A stretch of DNA of 52,436 nt from Dehalococcoidia bacterium (GTDB lineage Bacteria; Chloroflexota; Dehalococcoidia; Lucifugimonadales; UBA3495): contig JASLXV010000009.1 in assembly GCA_030740155.1 (NCBI GenBank), positions 1 through 52,436 of the forward strand, given 5' to 3'. This document shows, one piece after another, positions 7,753 through 15,424 of this stretch. The translations under genes were made by a program, and so were the position numbers. The notes under the pieces are model-generated. The model did not search any database, was not told where the DNA came from, and was given only the letters and a program-made list of their open reading frames with translations. Positions within the stretch are counted from its first letter, which is position 1. Every line of letters begins with the position of its first letter.

Positions 7753-9291
7753 ATGCCCCGGCCGGCGAGAACCATGGCTCAGCCAAGAACCCGACAGAAT
7801 TACGTCATGGCGGTCGACCAGGGCACCACCGGGTCGGCGGCTTTGATCTTCGGCCGCGATGGCCGCGTGGTTGCCTGGGCCGAACGTGAGATCACCCAGC
7901 ACTATCCTGAGCCCGGCTGGTCAAGCCATGACCCGGAGGAGATTGTTCAGTCGACCCTCGCCGTAGCCCGAGAGGCCATGGCTTCGGCGGGTATCGAGCC
8001 CCAACATCTGGCGGCCATCGGTATCACGAACCAGCGGGAGACCACGGTGGTCTGGGAACGTGCTTCCGGGCGGCCCGTGGCGCCTGCCATTGTTTGGCAA
8101 TGCCGCCGCACGGCCCGGTTATGCGAGGAGTTGAAGGACCGAGGGATGCAGCCGAGGGTTCGGGAGCGGACCGGGTTGGTTATCGACGCCTACTTCTCCG
8201 CCACCAAAATCCGCTGGCTGTTGGACCACACGCCCGACGGTCAACGCCGTGCCGAAGCCGGGGAGTTGTGCGCCGGCACCATCGATAGCTGGCTTCTTTA
8301 CCGGTTGACCGGCGGCAGGGTCCACGCGACGGACGTTTCCAACGCGTCGCGTACCATGCTTTTCAACATCCACACCCGGAATTGGGACATGGACCTGCTC
8401 GAGTCTTTGGGAATTCCCCGGTGCATGTTGCCCGACGTGCGGCCGTCCAGCAGTATCTTTGGCGAGACGGACCCCAGTTTGTTTGGCGCGGCAGTTCCCG
8501 TAACTTGTCTGGTCGGGGACCAGAGCGCCGCCTTGTTCGGCCAGGTTTGTTTCGAGCCGGGGATGGTCAAGAACACCTACGGCACCGGGTCCTTCCTGCT
8601 GATGCAGACCGGCGACCGGCCAGTCCCACCGGCCCCTGGTCTACTTACCACCATCGGTTGGCAGCGACAGGGGCAACAGACCCAATACGCGTTGGAGGGG
8701 AGCGTCTTCATCACCGGGGCCGCGATCCAATGGCTGAGAGACGGTCTGGGCATTATCGAGCGGGCATCCGACACAGAGGAGATAGCCCAATCGGTTTCGG
8801 ATACAGGTGGGGTGTACTTCGTACCGGCTTTCGCCGGCCTGGGCGCTCCCCACTGGGACATGTATGCCCGGGGGACCATTGTTGGCCTTACCGGCGGCAC
8901 GACCCGGGCCCACATCATCCGGGCAACCCTGGAGGCGATAGCTTACCAGGTCCGAGACGTGTTGGAGGTCATCAGGCCGTCCATCCAGTTGGAGATAACC
9001 CTGCTCCGGGCCGACGGCGGCGGGTCGGCCAACAGATTCTTGATGCAGTTTCAGGCCGACCTACTCGGCATCCCGGTGGAGGTACCGGAGATTGCTGAAA
9101 CCACCGCTTTGGGCGCCGCGTACCTGGCCGGGTTGGCCGTGGGCTTTTGGGGCAGCCAGCAGGAACTGTCCGCGCAGTGGCGCTTGGATGCCCGTTACGA
9201 GCCCCGTATGTCTCGAGGGGAGGCGGACAAGCTCTACGCCGGCTGGCAGCGAGCAATGGAGCGGGCCCGGAATTGGGAAACGCCGGGCTGA
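7753..9291 (+). CDS. glpK: Glycerol kinase
   Basis: DQGTTGS, GITNQRETT, AIVWQCRRT, YFSATK, TDVSNASRT, GDQ.AALFGQ, KNTYGTG, PAFAGLGAPHW, DGG and ETTALGAA motifs. Alternative start at 7774. Confidence 0.95.
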   Translation: MPRPARTMAQPRTRQNYVMAVDQGTTGSAALIFGRDGRVVAWAEREITQHYPEPGWSSHDPEEIVQSTLAVAREAMASAGIEPQHLAAIGITNQRETTVVWERASGRPVAPAIVWQCRRTARLCEELKDRGMQPRVRERTGLVIDAYFSATKIRWLLDHTPDGQRRAEAGELCAGTIDSWLLYRLTGGRVHATDVSNASRTMLFNIHTRNWDMDLLESLGIPRCMLPDVRPSSSIFGETDPSLFGAAVPVTCLVGDQSAALFGQVCFEPGMVKNTYGTGSFLLMQTGDRPVPPAPGLLTTIGWQRQGQQTQYALEGSVFITGAAIQWLRDGLGIIERASDTEEIAQSVSDTGGVYFVPAFAGLGAPHWDMYARGTIVGLTGGTTRAHIIRATLEAIAYQVRDVLEVIRPSIQLEITLLRADGGGSANRFLMQFQADLLGIPVEVPEIAETTALGAAYLAGLAVGFWGSQQELSAQWRLDARYEPRMSRGEADKLYAGWQRAMERARNWETPG

Positions 9292-9325
9292 AACCGGCCT
9301 GGCCTGGCAGCGCCCTCTCACACCC

Positions 9326-9730
9326 CTACCGCAACTCCAACAGGACCTGGCCGGTATTCACGCCCTGGCCTGGCTGGGTCCGGACCGCCCGCACCACGCC
9401 CGCGACCGGGGCGCGAATGCTTTGCTGTAGCTTGAGGGCTTCCATCACGCAGAGTTGGTCCCCCGCCGAGACCTGCTGGCCTACGCTCACCGCCACGGAG
9501 ATAATCACCCCCAGCATCGGCGCCCGCACCTCCGTCACTTTCCCCACGGAGGTGCCCGCGGGGACCCTGGAAGCAGCCAATGGACCCGGGATCTCAGCGG
9601 CGGGAAGCCCTTCCACCTCTATCTCCACGGGCATGCCGTCCACCAGAACCCGCACCGGGTTGGTGCGGATATCGTCCATCGCGACGGCATACCACTGCTC
9701 CCCTATTTGGACCTTCATGTGTCTGGCCAA
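9326..9730 (-). CDS. Biotin carboxyl carrier subunit (MmdC/GcdC-like)
   Basis: C-terminal biotinyl domain (VRAPMLG...V.VGQ.V..GD.L.VMEALKLQQ.I.AP..G.V...V..GQ.V..GQ.L), Ala/Pro linker and N-terminal beta-hairpins; last gene of the oadG-oadB operon. Confidence 0.85.
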   Translation of the reverse strand: MARHMKVQIGEQWYAVAMDDIRTNPVRVLVDGMPVEIEVEGLPAAEIPGPLAASRVPAGTSVGKVTEVRAPMLGVIISVAVSVGQQVSAGDQLCVMEALKLQQSIRAPVAGVVRAVRTQPGQGVNTGQVLLELR

Positions 9731-9744
9731 AGTCTGCTCCCGTT

Positions 9745-10923
9745 TCAGCTCAATAGGGAGATGAAAATGCCCGCCACCACCGCGGAGCCGATGACGCCCG
9801 CCACGTTGGGGCCCATTGCGTGGGCCAGCAGGAAGTTATCCGGGTCGGCCTCCTGGCCCAATTTGTGGGAGATGCGGGCAGCCATGGGCACCGCCGACAC
9901 CCCGGCCGAGCCAATCAGCGGATTCACTTTCTCCTTCACCATTAGATTCATCAGTTTGGCGAACAGCACGCCGCCTACGGTGCCACTGGCGAAGGCCACC
10001 AGCCCCAGGGCAAGGATTGCCAAGGTCTCCAGCTCTAGGACCTTGTCAGCCGACAGTTGGGCGCCCACGGTGATCATCAGAAAGATGGTGACGACGTTCA
10101 TGATCTCGTTGGAGGCGGCATGGCTGAGCCGGGGTACCGAGCCGCTTTCGGCGAACAGATTGCCGATCATGAACATTCCGATGAGGGGCGCCGCCTCCGG
10201 CACCAGGAGAATGATCAGGACCATCGCCACCAAGGGGAAGATCAGCTTCTCCTGCCTGGAAACCTCGCGCAAGGGCCTCATTACTATCTGGCGCTCCCGC
10301 TTGGTGGTCAGCAGACGCATCAAGGGCGGCTGGATGAACGCCACACTGGCCATGTAGGAGTAGGCGACTATGGCGGTGCGGCCCAGCAGGTGAGGCGCGA
10401 GGATCGCCGAGGCGAAGATGGTGGTCGGGCCGTCGGCCCCGCCAATGATCCCGATGGCCCCGGCCTCCTCTAAGGAGAATTCGAGGCCGAGCCTCGGCAC
10501 CAGTTCCATGGCCAAGGCGCCCCAAAAGGCCACGAAGATGCCCACTTGCGCCGCCGCGCCCAGAAGCAGAGTCTTGGGGTTGGCCAGAAATGGGCCGAAG
10601 TCGGTCATGGCGCCCAGGCCCAGGAAGATCAGGGGCGGCAGGATGTTCCAGAAGGACAGGGCGAAGTGGAAGGTCAGACCGAGGATACCCGACTCCTGGA
10701 GCGCCCCCGGAGCCAGGGGATCGCCGGCCGCCAACTGGGTGAGCGCGTTGAGGGGCAGATTGCTCAATATGATCCCCAATCCGATGGGGAACAGGACGTA
10801 GGGCTCCGTTTTCCTGGCCACTGCAATGTAGATGAAACCCAAGCCCAGGGCAATCAGCAGGAGGTTGCCCCATTCCAAATGGTAGAGGCCGGTCTCAGTC
10901 AGGTATTGGTTGAGATCTGGCAA
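9745..10923 (-). CDS. oadB: Na+-transporting carboxybiotin decarboxylase beta subunit (OadB/MmdB/GcdB family)
   Basis: EP..L.PIG.G, PPLIFLG.GAMTDFGP, GAAAQ.GIF, GIIGGADGPT (catalytic Asp), AYSYM, NPLIGSAGVSAVPMAAR and HAMGPNVAGVIGS are all intact; TTG start with RBS AGGAG. Confidence 0.96.
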   Translation of the reverse strand: MPDLNQYLTETGLYHLEWGNLLLIALGLGFIYIAVARKTEPYVLFPIGLGIILSNLPLNALTQLAAGDPLAPGALQESGILGLTFHFALSFWNILPPLIFLGLGAMTDFGPFLANPKTLLLGAAAQVGIFVAFWGALAMELVPRLGLEFSLEEAGAIGIIGGADGPTTIFASAILAPHLLGRTAIVAYSYMASVAFIQPPLMRLLTTKRERQIVMRPLREVSRQEKLIFPLVAMVLIILLVPEAAPLIGMFMIGNLFAESGSVPRLSHAASNEIMNVVTIFLMITVGAQLSADKVLELETLAILALGLVAFASGTVGGVLFAKLMNLMVKEKVNPLIGSAGVSAVPMAARISHKLGQEADPDNFLLAHAMGPNVAGVIGSAVVAGIFISLLS

Positions 10924-10938
10924 GCTCTCCTCTCTCGA

Positions 10939-11214
10939 CTACGCGGAGGTATCTTGAGGTGCAGGCAGATGGCTCGTGGCCTCGTCCTCGGCCAGGGCCG
11001 CGCTCACGGCTATTGCCGCGGCCAGCGCCCTGTTGCGCCGGGCGCCGGCCGCTTCCGCGGCGGCCAGGGCCCCGGTCCTTCTCTGAACGAAGGGTATCCC
11101 GGAGACCCACTTCATCGCCAGGATCAGCATCATCAAAAGGACCAGGATCAGGAAGGTGGTCCCTACCCCTGCCACGGTGAGTTCCAGGGCCTCTTCCAAT
11201 TCGGCGCTGCTCAC
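10939..11214 (-). CDS. OadG/MmdD-family membrane-anchor subunit
   Basis: N-terminal TM helix (LELTVAGVGTTFLILVLLMMLI), linker and ALAAAIAVSAAL helix, directly upstream of oadB. Start set to GTG11214 (RBS GAGGTG). Confidence 0.85.
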   Translation of the reverse strand: MSSAELEEALELTVAGVGTTFLILVLLMMLILAMKWVSGIPFVQRRTGALAAAEAAGARRNRALAAAIAVSAALAEDEATSHLPAPQDTSA

Positions 11215-11282
11215 AGACGATTCACCTCTTCTTTTCACACAAGGCCGGAAGCTCGGACGCCAAACCGGGCGCCAAACGATCG

Positions 11283-11317
11283 ATTGTATAGTATGCTCCC
11301 GGAGGTGATGCTACAAT
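11283..11317. promoter_or_regulatory. Back-to-back -10 boxes of the divergent oadG-oadB-BCCP and pxpABC promoters
   Basis: TACAAT on the minus strand (ATTGTA 11283-11288) and TG-C-TACAAT on the plus strand (11312-11317) within a 155-bp divergent gap. Confidence 0.45.
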
Positions 11318-11369
11318 ACCCATACTTCAGGGAAAAGTCACCGCTAGCATTCCTCGGAGGGTTCCTATC

Positions 11370-12134
11370 ATGCCTGGAACGATTGACTTGAACTGCGACA
11401 TGGGCGAGAGTTTCGGCGCTTATAAACTGGGCCACGATGAAGAGGTGATCAAGTACATCACCTCGGCCAACGTCGCCTGCGGCTTCCACGCCAGTGACCC
11501 CACCTGGATGCGCTGGACGGTCCAGCTGGCGGAGGAGCACGGGGTAGCAATTGGGGCGCACCCCGGCTTCCCCGACCTACAAGGCTTTGGCCGGCGCAAC
11601 ATGGTGGTTTCCCCCGAAGAAGCCAAGAACGACGTGATCTACCAGATCGGCGCCCTGGCCGCATTCACCAAGACCAAGAAACTCCAGCACGTCAAACCCC
11701 ACGGCGCCATGTACAACATGGCTGCCGGTGGCGGAGACCTGGCCAGGGCGATCTGCGAGGCCGTGCTGGAGGTGGACCCGGAGATGATCCTGGTGGTCCT
11801 GACCGGTACGCCCTGGGCTGACCTGGCCGAGGAGATGGGCCTGCGGGTGGCGCTGGAGGCCTTCGCCGACCGGGCACTGAACCCCGACGGGACCCTGGTC
11901 CCCCGTTCATTACCGGGCTCTGTTATCCACGACCCGGAGGAGTTGGTGGCCCGGAGCATCAAGATGATCACCGAAGGGAAAGCCACCGCCATCAGCGGCG
12001 AGGAAATCTCCGTCCGGGCCGACACCCTCTGCCTTCACGGCGACACTCCCGGCGCCGTGCAACTGGCCGCCGACCTCAGGTCCAAGCTGGTGGCCGCGGG
12101 CGTCGAGATCACCCCATTGAGTCAGTTGGTATAG
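11370..12134 (+). CDS. pxpA: PxpA (LamB/YcsF) family protein
   Basis: IDLNCDMGESFG, ITSANVACGFHA.DP, GAHPGFPDL.GFGRR, HVKPHGAMYN, EAFADR and DTLCLHGD motifs. Confidence 0.95.
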   Translation: MPGTIDLNCDMGESFGAYKLGHDEEVIKYITSANVACGFHASDPTWMRWTVQLAEEHGVAIGAHPGFPDLQGFGRRNMVVSPEEAKNDVIYQIGALAAFTKTKKLQHVKPHGAMYNMAAGGGDLARAICEAVLEVDPEMILVVLTGTPWADLAEEMGLRVALEAFADRALNPDGTLVPRSLPGSVIHDPEELVARSIKMITEGKATAISGEEISVRADTLCLHGDTPGAVQLAADLRSKLVAAGVEITPLSQLV

Positions 12135-12157
12135 CGAGGTCTGGTTCTCACACCCCG

Positions 12158-12886
12158 ATGTACCAGCGCGCCAGATTCCTCCCCGCCGGCGACAAGGCCC
12201 TTGTGGTTGAACTGGGGGATTCCATCACCCCCGAGATCAACCGGAAGGTCCGCGACCTGCTGGCAGCCATCGAAAACCAGGGGATACCGGGGCTCGTGGA
12301 CCTGGTACCTTCCTATCGCTCGCTGCTGGTCTACTACGATCCCCTGTGTTTGAGCCTCCCGGAGCTGGAGGAGCTGCTGAGTGCCCTGGAGCAGAACCTG
12401 GACCAGGCCGATCTGAAGGCGCCAAGGGTGGTGGAGATTCCGACCCTGTACGGCGGTGAGTACGGCCCCGATATTGGCCAGGTGGCGAAACACAATGGGC
12501 TGGCGCTGGAAGAGGTCATCCGGATTCACTCAGGCGCTGAATACCTGGTGTACATGATGGGCTTCACTCCCGGCTTCCCATATATGGGCGGCATGTCGGA
12601 GAGGATCGCCACTCCCCGGCTCCAGACGCCCCGGACCGCCATCCCGGCCGGTTCTGTGGGCATTGCGGAACAACAGACGGGCGTTTACCCCATCGAAAGC
12701 CCCGGCGGATGGCAGCTCATCGGCCGGACGCCGGTGCAACTCTTCGATCCCCAGCGGGAACCGCCGGTAGCGGTGACAGTCGGGGACTACATCCGGTTCG
12801 CTCCTATCACGGAGGAGGCCTACCATGACATCCAGCGGCAGGTCCGGACGGGGAGTTACCAGCTCACGACCCGAGACAGGCGGTAG
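12158..12886 (+). CDS. pxpB: PxpB (allophanate hydrolase subunit 1 / CT_C_D) family protein
   Basis: PAGD.ALVVE.G, VPSYRSLLV.YD, EIP..YGG..GPD, Y.VYM.GF.PGFPY and GSVGIA..QTGVYP..SPGGWQLIGRT motifs. Confidence 0.95.
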   Translation: MYQRARFLPAGDKALVVELGDSITPEINRKVRDLLAAIENQGIPGLVDLVPSYRSLLVYYDPLCLSLPELEELLSALEQNLDQADLKAPRVVEIPTLYGGEYGPDIGQVAKHNGLALEEVIRIHSGAEYLVYMMGFTPGFPYMGGMSERIATPRLQTPRTAIPAGSVGIAEQQTGVYPIESPGGWQLIGRTPVQLFDPQREPPVAVTVGDYIRFAPITEEAYHDIQRQVRTGSYQLTTRDRR

Positions 12887-12893
12887 TTGAGCC

Positions 12894-14036
12894 ATGGACG
12901 TCGTCGAAGTTCTAGACGGGGGTTTCTTTACCACCGTGCAGGATCTTGGGCGGTACGGCTACCAGCGGTACGGAGTGCCCGTCGCCGGCGCCCTCGACCA
13001 GTTCGCGCTACGGGTCGCCAATGTGCTGGTGAGTAACCAGGAAGGAGACGCCGGCCTGGAGATCACGCTGGTGGGGCCTCGCCTCCGGTTCCTGGCCGAC
13101 ACGGTCATCGCCATCACCGGCGCCGGCCTGGACCCCCGGCTCGATGATGCTCCGGTAGCCATGTGGCAGGCCATTACCATGCCCCAGGGTGGCACCCTCT
13201 CCTTCGGCAGCGCCCAGGACGGTATGCGAGCCTACCTGGCCGTCGCCGGCGGCATCGACGTTCCCCAGGTGTTGGGCAGCCGCTCCACTTACACCCGTTC
13301 CCGCCTCGGCGGCCTAGAAGGACGGGCCCTGGCGCCGGGAGACCGGCTGGCCGCCCTCGGTGAGGAGCCCGCCGCTCGAGTGGAAGGCCGGAAGCTGCCC
13401 CGGGAGCAGATTCCCGCCTACGGGCAAAGTCACGTGCTGCGGGTGGTGCTGGGTCCCCAGGACGACGCCTTCAGCCAGGAAGGCCTCCGGACCTTTCTCT
13501 CAGCCGCCTACACGGTCACGCCCCAGTCCGATCGCATCGGGTACCGGCACGAGGGGCCCCCGATCCAGCACAAGGAAGGCGCTGACATCGTCTCCGATGG
13601 GATTCCCTTTGGCGCGGTGCAGGTGACGGGAGACGGGATGCCTATCTTGCTCCTGGCGGATCGTGGGACAACAGGGGGCTACACCAAGATCGCCACCGTC
13701 ATCAGCGTTGACCTCGGCACCGTGGCCCAGGCCAGTCCCGGCGATACCATGTCCTTCCGGCCGGTGACCGTGGAGGTCGCGCACCAGGCTCTGAGGCAGC
13801 AGGAAGATGCGATCCAGCAGCTCATAAACACGCCGGCCACCGTGTTTGCCCGCCGGCGGTTTCGGGCGACGGTGAACGGTGATACCCACGACGTTGTCAC
13901 CGCATTGGAAGAGGCCATCCCTCGCCCACCATGCCCGGATACCGACGCCGCGCCACCTCGCCGGATTGTCCGCGCCACTGTGGACGGCGAGACGCACACC
14001 TTTGAGGTGGAGGTCAGGGGCTTCGGCAGCCAGTGA
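12894..14036 (+). CDS. pxpC: PxpC (allophanate hydrolase subunit 2 / CT_A_B, biotin-dependent carboxyltransferase family) with an unusual ~60-aa C-terminal extension
   Basis: TTVQDLGR.G....GVP..GALD, G.RAYLAV.GG.....VLGSRST, SDR.GYR and GAVQV..DG.PI.LLAD..TTGGY.KIA motifs; extra tail from about 13851. Confidence 0.93.
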   Translation: MDVVEVLDGGFFTTVQDLGRYGYQRYGVPVAGALDQFALRVANVLVSNQEGDAGLEITLVGPRLRFLADTVIAITGAGLDPRLDDAPVAMWQAITMPQGGTLSFGSAQDGMRAYLAVAGGIDVPQVLGSRSTYTRSRLGGLEGRALAPGDRLAALGEEPAARVEGRKLPREQIPAYGQSHVLRVVLGPQDDAFSQEGLRTFLSAAYTVTPQSDRIGYRHEGPPIQHKEGADIVSDGIPFGAVQVTGDGMPILLLADRGTTGGYTKIATVISVDLGTVAQASPGDTMSFRPVTVEVAHQALRQQEDAIQQLINTPATVFARRRFRATVNGDTHDVVTALEEAIPRPPCPDTDAAPPRRIVRATVDGETHTFEVEVRGFGSQ

Positions 14037-14133
14037 GGCTTGGAAGCCGTCAACCAATGGGCGGGTCAGGAAGCCATCAAAACCGCGTTGCCTCGCTGGA
14101 GAAGGCCCTGGCAACAAGGAGATAGCCTTCTGG

Positions 14134-14303
14134 CTAGTCTAGCGTCTCGTAAATGGCATGGTAGCCGGCCCGTCATCCCGGCGAAGGCCGGGATCCAGCC
14201 AGCGCTTCCCTGGGTTCCGGCACCGATGCTGTCGGGAACGAATGCGCATTGGGAATTCTTACAATTTCTCCGAGGTAAGGTTGATCACGAGACAGTGCGT
14301 TAG
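14134..14303. repeat. CTAG-ended MITE-like element with internal REP (copy 1)
   Basis: First 65 nt are 56/65 identical without gaps to 29093-29157 and include GTCATCCCGGCGAAGGCCGGGA. The right end ACGAGACAGTGCGTTAG is an imperfect inverted copy of the left end. Confidence 0.75.
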
Positions 14304-14362
14304 TACTTCCTTAGTCGATGTTCGGCGTTACAAATACCTTTAGATGATCGGCATCACACTTA

Positions 14363-14422
14363 CCGTTCGTGGTGAGCTTGTCGAACCACCGGCCTCACGC
14401 CCTTCGACAAGCTCAGGGTGAC
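14363..14422. repeat. REP doublet of the same family as 6264-6330
   Basis: 14363-14390 is the exact reverse complement of 6264-6291 (28 bp), followed by CCCTTCGACAAGCTCAGGGTGAC. Confidence 0.8.
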
Positions 14423-14597
14423 ACGAAATATCAGAGCTGCCGCCTCGATGCTCCGGACTCGGATGATGGAGAAGTTTGGGGCTCCCGAGACCTCCACCCT
14501 TTCAAGTTATTTTGCCCCCGATTGTGTCCCATTCGCTGATTGTCTACATCGGACATACAGCTAAGCTGAGGTCTCTTGGCTTGGCCGCGCTAAGTCA

Positions 14598-15032
14598 TTA
14601 TTTGGCTTCTGCAATGAAGACCGGAATGACGCGATCGGTCTTGTCTTGGTACTCCTGATAAGGAGGATATGCTTCCACGGCGATGTCCCACAGCCGTTGT
14701 CTCTCGGCTGGATCTTCTACCTCGCGAGTCCGCATCGAATAAACTTCGGTCTTGTCGCGGATTTCAACATTCGGCTCCGCCTTCAAGTTGCGGTACCAGG
14801 ACGGATTCTTTGGCGCTCCACCCTTGGATGCCACCAGAATGTAGCTCGTGCCATCCACGGCCCTCATCAACGGGGTCTTGCGGATAGCACCGGTCTTCCA
14901 GCCCCGGTTGGTCACGATTATGACCGGCAGGCCGGTGTCCCTCAAACTTAAACCGTCGGTGCCTCCGCTCCCTTCATACAGCTCAACTTGCTTCGCCACC
15001 CACGACCAGGGACTGGGAATGTACTCGCTCAT
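14598..15032 (-). CDS. Deazaflavin (F420)-dependent nitroreductase family protein (Ddn/FDOR-A)
   Basis: G.KTG..RKTPL, Y.LVASKGGAP.NP.WY.NL.A.P and YPPY.EYQ.KT.R.IPVF motifs. Confidence 0.93.
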   Translation of the reverse strand: MSEYIPSPWSWVAKQVELYEGSGGTDGLSLRDTGLPVIIVTNRGWKTGAIRKTPLMRAVDGTSYILVASKGGAPKNPSWYRNLKAEPNVEIRDKTEVYSMRTREVEDPAERQRLWDIAVEAYPPYQEYQDKTDRVIPVFIAEAK

Positions 15033-15424
15033 GATTACCTCTACTTCTCGCGGATAGCCCGTTCAGCCAACCGCGGCCAAGCGAGCGCAGACGGATATTA
15101 ACACCTGATGCGTTGATGCGCTACCAATTATTTGTAGTACGGCCCTCGATTCGCATTATGGGCCATTCGACGGGGGTGTTGGAACGATCTCGATACCCTG
15201 CCTCCGATGGTTGGCCACCGGAAGCAGGTGTCCTCCCATGTAACCTAAAAGCCTGAATTCAAGGCCCGAAGGCCCGGTCTTTAACGGCCCTAGCCATCCG
15301 CGGATAGTGGTGGCGAACTGGCTACGGCTATAATGGAGGGTCGGGGGACCGGCTCCGGATTTGGGCAGTCCGGTCCAACTGATCGGGTCCACTCCATACC
15401 CAGACCCAGATCGTAAGGTAATAG

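Noticed and set aside
14040..14343. ORF 14040-14303 as an extra subunit of the pxp/oad system
   Set aside because: More than half of it is the repeat element (PVIPAKAGIQ is a REP translation); no convincing RBS.
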